This document shows, piece by piece, positions 38,768 to 43,960 of a stretch of 43,960 nt of DNA. Each line of letters opens with the position of its first letter. The first letter of the stretch is position 1. Source of the stretch: Tubiluchus corallicola (lineage: Eukaryota > Animalia > Priapulida). The notes beneath the pieces were generated by a model. That model worked only from the letters and a program-made list of their open reading frames with translations, was not told where the DNA came from and searched no databases. The position numbers and the translations under genes are program-made. The DNA lies in contig JAQGDQ010002378.1 of the NCBI GenBank assembly GCA_030141605.1, positions 347,144-391,103 of the forward strand, given 5' to 3'.

Positions 38768-40117
38768 CTAAATACAACGAATTGCGAATAATGACATACT
38801 TAGGTTTACACTAGAAGTTCTGCAAAGTTTATTCAATTAAGAGTTTGTTATAGATAAAAAAACCAAAAGTAGTCAAACAAAAAAATCAATAAAATAACTA
38901 ATGAAACAATCCAAAATTTCAAGTACCTCTAACGTTTTTACAAAACTGATTATCTTAAAAGACGGTTTTTCATGTACTACCCCAAATCGTATAAAAAGTA
39001 AACGCTTCAACATAATTAACGCTGTAACACCGTATCCGATGTATAAATCATAGATTATATATGTTACTATTATTCGGAAGATTTCTCTCTGCTTGCCCTT
39101 TAATCTAAAGTTGTACTTATTTAGAACTGCCTGTATAACTTGGCTTCGTTATATGCATTTAGTAGGTCAGCCAATCAGAATTGAGCACGTTTTTCAGTCT
39201 ACTCATTGGCAGCGAAGAAATTGCCACGTCTTTTTACTTTTTCTGTAATATTGAATTTTAAAAAAAACTGTTTGTGATTACTTCAAAACAACTATCATAT
39301 ATAATAATAACATGCTATCCTATTTTGAAGTAGGGTAAAAACTACCCATTTTAGCACTAGTAATACCTGAAAAGCATTTCTGAGATTCAATCTTAATTAA
39401 TGGCGGGCGAGCCCAACTATTGATGACATCACAAACTAACATAATTTTCAACAGCAAAAATGCTTCCACAGGCATGCTGCATGGTGCAATATATTAAAGA
39501 GTAGACTGTCTTAACCTACAGTTTAAGATTAGGTCCGGTTTTGGTTTCAAATCTAATTTTCAAGTACCTGTAGGGTTTTTACAAAACTGATTAAAAACCT
39601 TTACGGTGTCGAAAAATTTTAAAAGAGTTAAACGTTTCCAAAAACGTTTTAGCAAATATTTTTAAAGAAAAACTGAATGATTTATCACATCATAGCAACC
39701 ATTTTGAAGTACGGTAAAAAGTATACATTTCAACACCTATAATAATACCAAAATAATTCTGACACTTAAATAATAGGTTAAAAACATGTTTAATGGTGAG
39801 CGAGCTCAACTTTACAAGAAAAACTTACTTTACAAGACAACATACTTGCATTTAGACACAAGAAACTTGCAGAAACTGAAATAATAACACTGCAGTTTCC
39901 ATAGCAACCACGGCGACCATTAGCATAACGAATTACGCAGATGAAATATTTCAAAGACATACTGAGGTTTGTATTATGTAAGCAATATTTGTGTTGTCAG
40001 TACAGGTTCACTGTTTAATAGAAATTACACAATGTCTGACAAAGGCAAATAGTTTGGCTTAGATTTCATCAATGCATTTATTTTTGAAGGCAGATTTACT
40101 CTCTTGATTGCTCACTG

Positions 40118-40130
40118 AGTGCGTGCGTGC

Positions 40131-40203
<73 letters not shown>

Positions 40204-40246
40204 TGTGTGCGTGCATGCATGAGTGTGTGTGTGTGCGTGTGTGTGC
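40118..40246. repeat. (GT)n microsatellite
   Basis: Direct reading. Confidence 0.95.
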
Positions 40247-41224
40247 ATAATGGCTCAAGTTGAACAACATTGAATTTTCTCAGTAACTAGATGGCTGACC
40301 AACATAAATTGCTTCTATGCAGTTCTAACTGTCATACTCTCCCCGCTTCTTTTCTAAATAAGGAAGAGGGATATTATGCTGTATTTCAACTATAAAAATT
40401 AGTATCAATTTTCAAGTCAAGCACTAAAACATATTTTACCATTTTCTTCATGGTGAACAAGGCATAATAATTTATATGTTAAATTCTAGTATGATTAAAA
40501 TATCGGCTCTTATCATGTTTAAAAATTGGTTAACATTTAAGTATTTAATTAAGAGCAGTAAGACAAACCTAAACATTAAACACTCTGTGTCCAAACGTAA
40601 ATAACTTGATTATGGTTTAATTATTGAAAAATCGTTGAAAATTGTTATACCACCATTAATATCACCTATGTGTGGTTATTTTGTTTCGACGTATAATGTT
40701 TTTTAAGTCGTTTTTCTTTGTTTCTTGTAATTTGTTTTGTTCAATATATAAATAAATAAATAAATAACCCAGCACAAACAGTTGGTTAAAACGTTGTCCT
40801 TCTTACCAGCACCCCACAAACATTTGATCTAAATGTTCCGTTCCTAGCCAGCGCGCCACAAACAGTTAAACTAAATGTTCCGTTCCTAGCCAGCGCGCCA
40901 CAAACAGTTAACTAAATGTTACATTCTTAGTCAACGCGCCACAAACAGTTAAATCAAATGTTCCATTCCTAGCCAACACGCCACAAACACTTATTTAACA
41001 CATCGTATGGGTATAAATACTTGTCAAGTACAGTCATTAATGAATAACAGTAACATTTATACTAAGGCATGGGGTTCTTCAGTCTTCCCAGAATTAAGTT
41101 TAGAAATTACAATTTTTGCTCCCCAAACAAACTATGTGAAAACTTTAGGATAACAATTGAACTCTTTTCATGGTGTGTTAATTCCGTTTTTAAATGAACA
41201 AAATGGAGGCAAAAAAACGATTCA

Positions 41225-41790
41225 TTTTCTTCTTCCGTCCATGTTTTTCAAAATCTCATTCCACCTGCTGTAAACACTGAGGTATCAACATTTATTAGAG
41301 TATTCCAGCTACTTCTATCTGCTATTAACAGGGTACGTTTCTCTCCTAAAGATAGATTTGATTGAAGTTGTTGAACATCTTTGTTCATCTTAGCTATCCA
41401 AGTTGTTTTTGGTTTGCCGGGTGGTTTCTTGCAAAGCCTTACGGCTTCCTGTAAGGCAATTTTTACTGGTGCTTCAGTTGATAATCTTAGAAGATGTATG
41501 AAGAATCTTAGGAAATGCAAGAAATCTCTTTCGTTCTGGTGGATAAGTCTTCGTTTTTGATTATCTTATCTTTAAAACTTTCATAGAAGAAGACTTCTAT
41601 GAAATGAGTCAATCTGCTTTTCTTGAGTGATCGTTACACCCTGAGCTTCACTGTTGTACATAAATATGCTGGTAAGGTAAGCATTAAGTAATCGAAGTCT
41701 TAATTTCTTGCTAGCTAATACATTCTTGTGCTGAAGAAAAGCATGCATTGCTTGTTCCTTTCTACTTTTAATATCATCTTCGGGTCTTTT
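41225..41790 (-). mobile_element. Decayed 3' fragment of an RTE-clade LINE
   Basis: KLRLRLLNAYLTSIFMYNSE..IDSFHRSLL and LRFFIHLLRL..PVKIAL..KPPGKPKTTW..ADRSSW are typical post-RT RTE C-terminal motifs; frameshifts and stops are present; GAA-rich 3' end. Confidence 0.8.
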
Positions 41791-43047
41791 AGTCAGGATC
41801 TTAAAATTATTGGAAACTTACGGTTTTGAGCATAATGCCATCTTAGTTTTGTCGTGAGTGATTTCATGCATTTTTCATGAGCACACCTAATCTTCTACTA
41901 CAACATCTGACTGCACGCAAAAAAAAGAAATGATGGCACTGTATTCACTTTCATTAGTTGCGCACTAATTCATTACTCACTTGATAACGAATTGTGCTAA
42001 TTTTGTTTTCACTTTGTGCAATTGTATGTAACTTAACGTTGTGTGAAACTGTAGGGGTTTTTTGTGTAATAATGATAAAAACAATAATAAAAATAAAAAT
42101 AAAGCAGCACCAAGAGCAGATTGGAAATGAGCATAAGAAACATGGCTCTGGTAATCAGCTGCAACCTGATTCTGTCACAGAATTGGCTCGTGAGATCACC
42201 ATGAATTCCTGCACCCCGCTGAGGACTCTATAGCAGCCCCCTTGCTACCGCCATTGTGCTCCTTTAAGACCACTTTAGGAGGCCTAACATCTTGATTTGG
42301 GATTGCCAAAACGGCTCGAGAAATTTATCAATCTCCCCCTCCACTGTACATTGTCATCGTGTGCCCGTTATTTTTACTGTAGACATTGGGTAGGAATAAT
42401 TTAAAATAAAAGAATACCACCTTCAAGACAGGTAAACACAGCAGTCATCCGGCAAACAATTAGACGCGGCTGTGCCTAAGGCTTGTCAGCACCACTTCCT
42501 CGTAGAATACTCCATTCAAAAGTTTGCGCCCTAATATTGTAGTCGTTGTCAGACGTTGTAGTAGAAGATTAAACATGCTCGCGCAAAATGTAAGAAATCA
42601 CTCGTGACGAAACTACGGTGGCGTTACTGCTCTTTCATTGCTCCAAGATTTCAATAATTTTAAGTTCCTAATGCAAAGATGAAGCAGATTTCTGCTTTTT
42701 TTGTGCCACCATTTAGTTAATTTAAAAATGAAATTAACACACCATGAAAAGAGTTCGATTGTTAAGCTGAAATTTTTACATAGTTTGTTTGCGGAGCAAA
42801 AATGAATTACGGAGAAGTCAAATTGCAGAAAGATTGAAGAGACACATTCGGTCTTCCAACGTTACTTTTATTCATCATTCACTGCACTTCACAAATATTT
42901 ATACCCATACAGAGTGGTTATATAAGTGTTTGTGGCGTGCTGGCTAGAAGTGAAACATGTAAATTAACTGTTTGTGGTGTGCTGACTAGAATTGGCACAT
43001 CTAAGCTAACTGTTTGTGGTGTACTAGTAAGTAGTGCAACATTTTAA

Positions 43048-43643
43048 CCCTTTCATTACGCTTTTTAACAGGACCGCATTGACTTTTGCACAGTGTGTTA
43101 CTAAAACAGAATCTTGTAAATTAACAAATAGCCATTTGTTATTAAACACTAATATTAGTTTTATGTATACACATGTACACATCCCCACACACGTATATGC
43201 ATTCATGCATGCACGCACGTGCACACACACACACAAATAAGCACATACTTATATGTAGAAGCCAATTTTTACAAAAGTCGCATTACTAATCCTTAATCCA
43301 TTATTTTATAAGAATGCAGAACAATCAACTAAGCACGTTTTACCTACTATCAACAAGCAATTTTGCAACAGAACGTACTATACAGTGCAAATGCACCTGG
43401 CTTCAGTCGCTGATCGGATAATTAGCGTTACTTGTTGCGAAGGAACCCCAATCACATGGCTGCTAAAATTTTCTACGATGTTTTTTCATGTCCGTAGCAG
43501 TGAAACCTACGGCAGGTAAAACAGGCCTGGGATAAAACAGGTAAACTGAGCTTGGTGTTGAGTTCGTGCGGCTGTCTGTCACCCTCCATTCCTTTCAAGA
43601 AAAATGTAGGCGGTGACAGTGTGCCGCCTTTCGTAGTGGAAGG
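43048..43643. mobile_element. piggyBac-like non-autonomous element
   Basis: TTAA on both sides (43044-43047, 43644-43647), imperfect TIRs CCCTTTCATTACG / CCTTCCACTACG, and it interrupts a ~41-bp repeat array that resumes afterwards. Confidence 0.65.
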
Positions 43644-43960
43644 TTAATTAACTGTTTGTGGTGTGCTGGCTGTACGTAGTATAGCAATAATCAACATTTT
43701 TTCAATAATCAAACAATCAATTTATTAGCTTTTTGGACTGAGAGTGTTTAATGTTTAGGTTTTACCTATTGCTCTTATTTCATATTAATTTTTCACTAAT
43801 TAATTACTCATATGATTTGTAGTAATTTTATTTTCAATTTGTGCTGTTGTATGTATAATAACTTTGTGTGTAACTGTAACGGTGCTTTTGTCTAATGATA
43901 ATAATAAAAATAATAACAGAAATAAATAATAAAAATTAACTAACTACAATAAGAAAGCTC

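Overview
AT-rich, intron-containing animal (probably invertebrate) genomic DNA with one assembly gap (N 3030-3224). There are two convergent host genes: the 3' exons of a TTLL4-like tubulin glutamylase (+, 8364-10264) and a large minus-strand gene (12601-38767, 15 exons, about 1,300 codons in the window) made of three tandem copies of a five-exon cassette encoding about 12 WSC-like cysteine-rich domains and ending in a hydrophobic, GPI-like tail. The most unusual region is a GC-rich island at 3229-6582. It begins with a Polinton/Maverick-like AGTAGT terminus and is folded into a ~1.4-kb-arm palindrome carrying two divergently oriented, intronless, highly diverged TATA-binding-protein (TBP)-fold ORFs plus an overlapping virus/Maverick-type ORF fragment. 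A second highlight is a 237-bp SINE-like insertion (27314-27550) with a 10-bp target-site duplication whose 5' end is a twister ribozyme truncated almost exactly at its cleavage site. The rest is satellites, microsatellites, MITEs (hAT-like, piggyBac-like) and an RTE LINE fragment. All calls were made by eye; no database searches were run.
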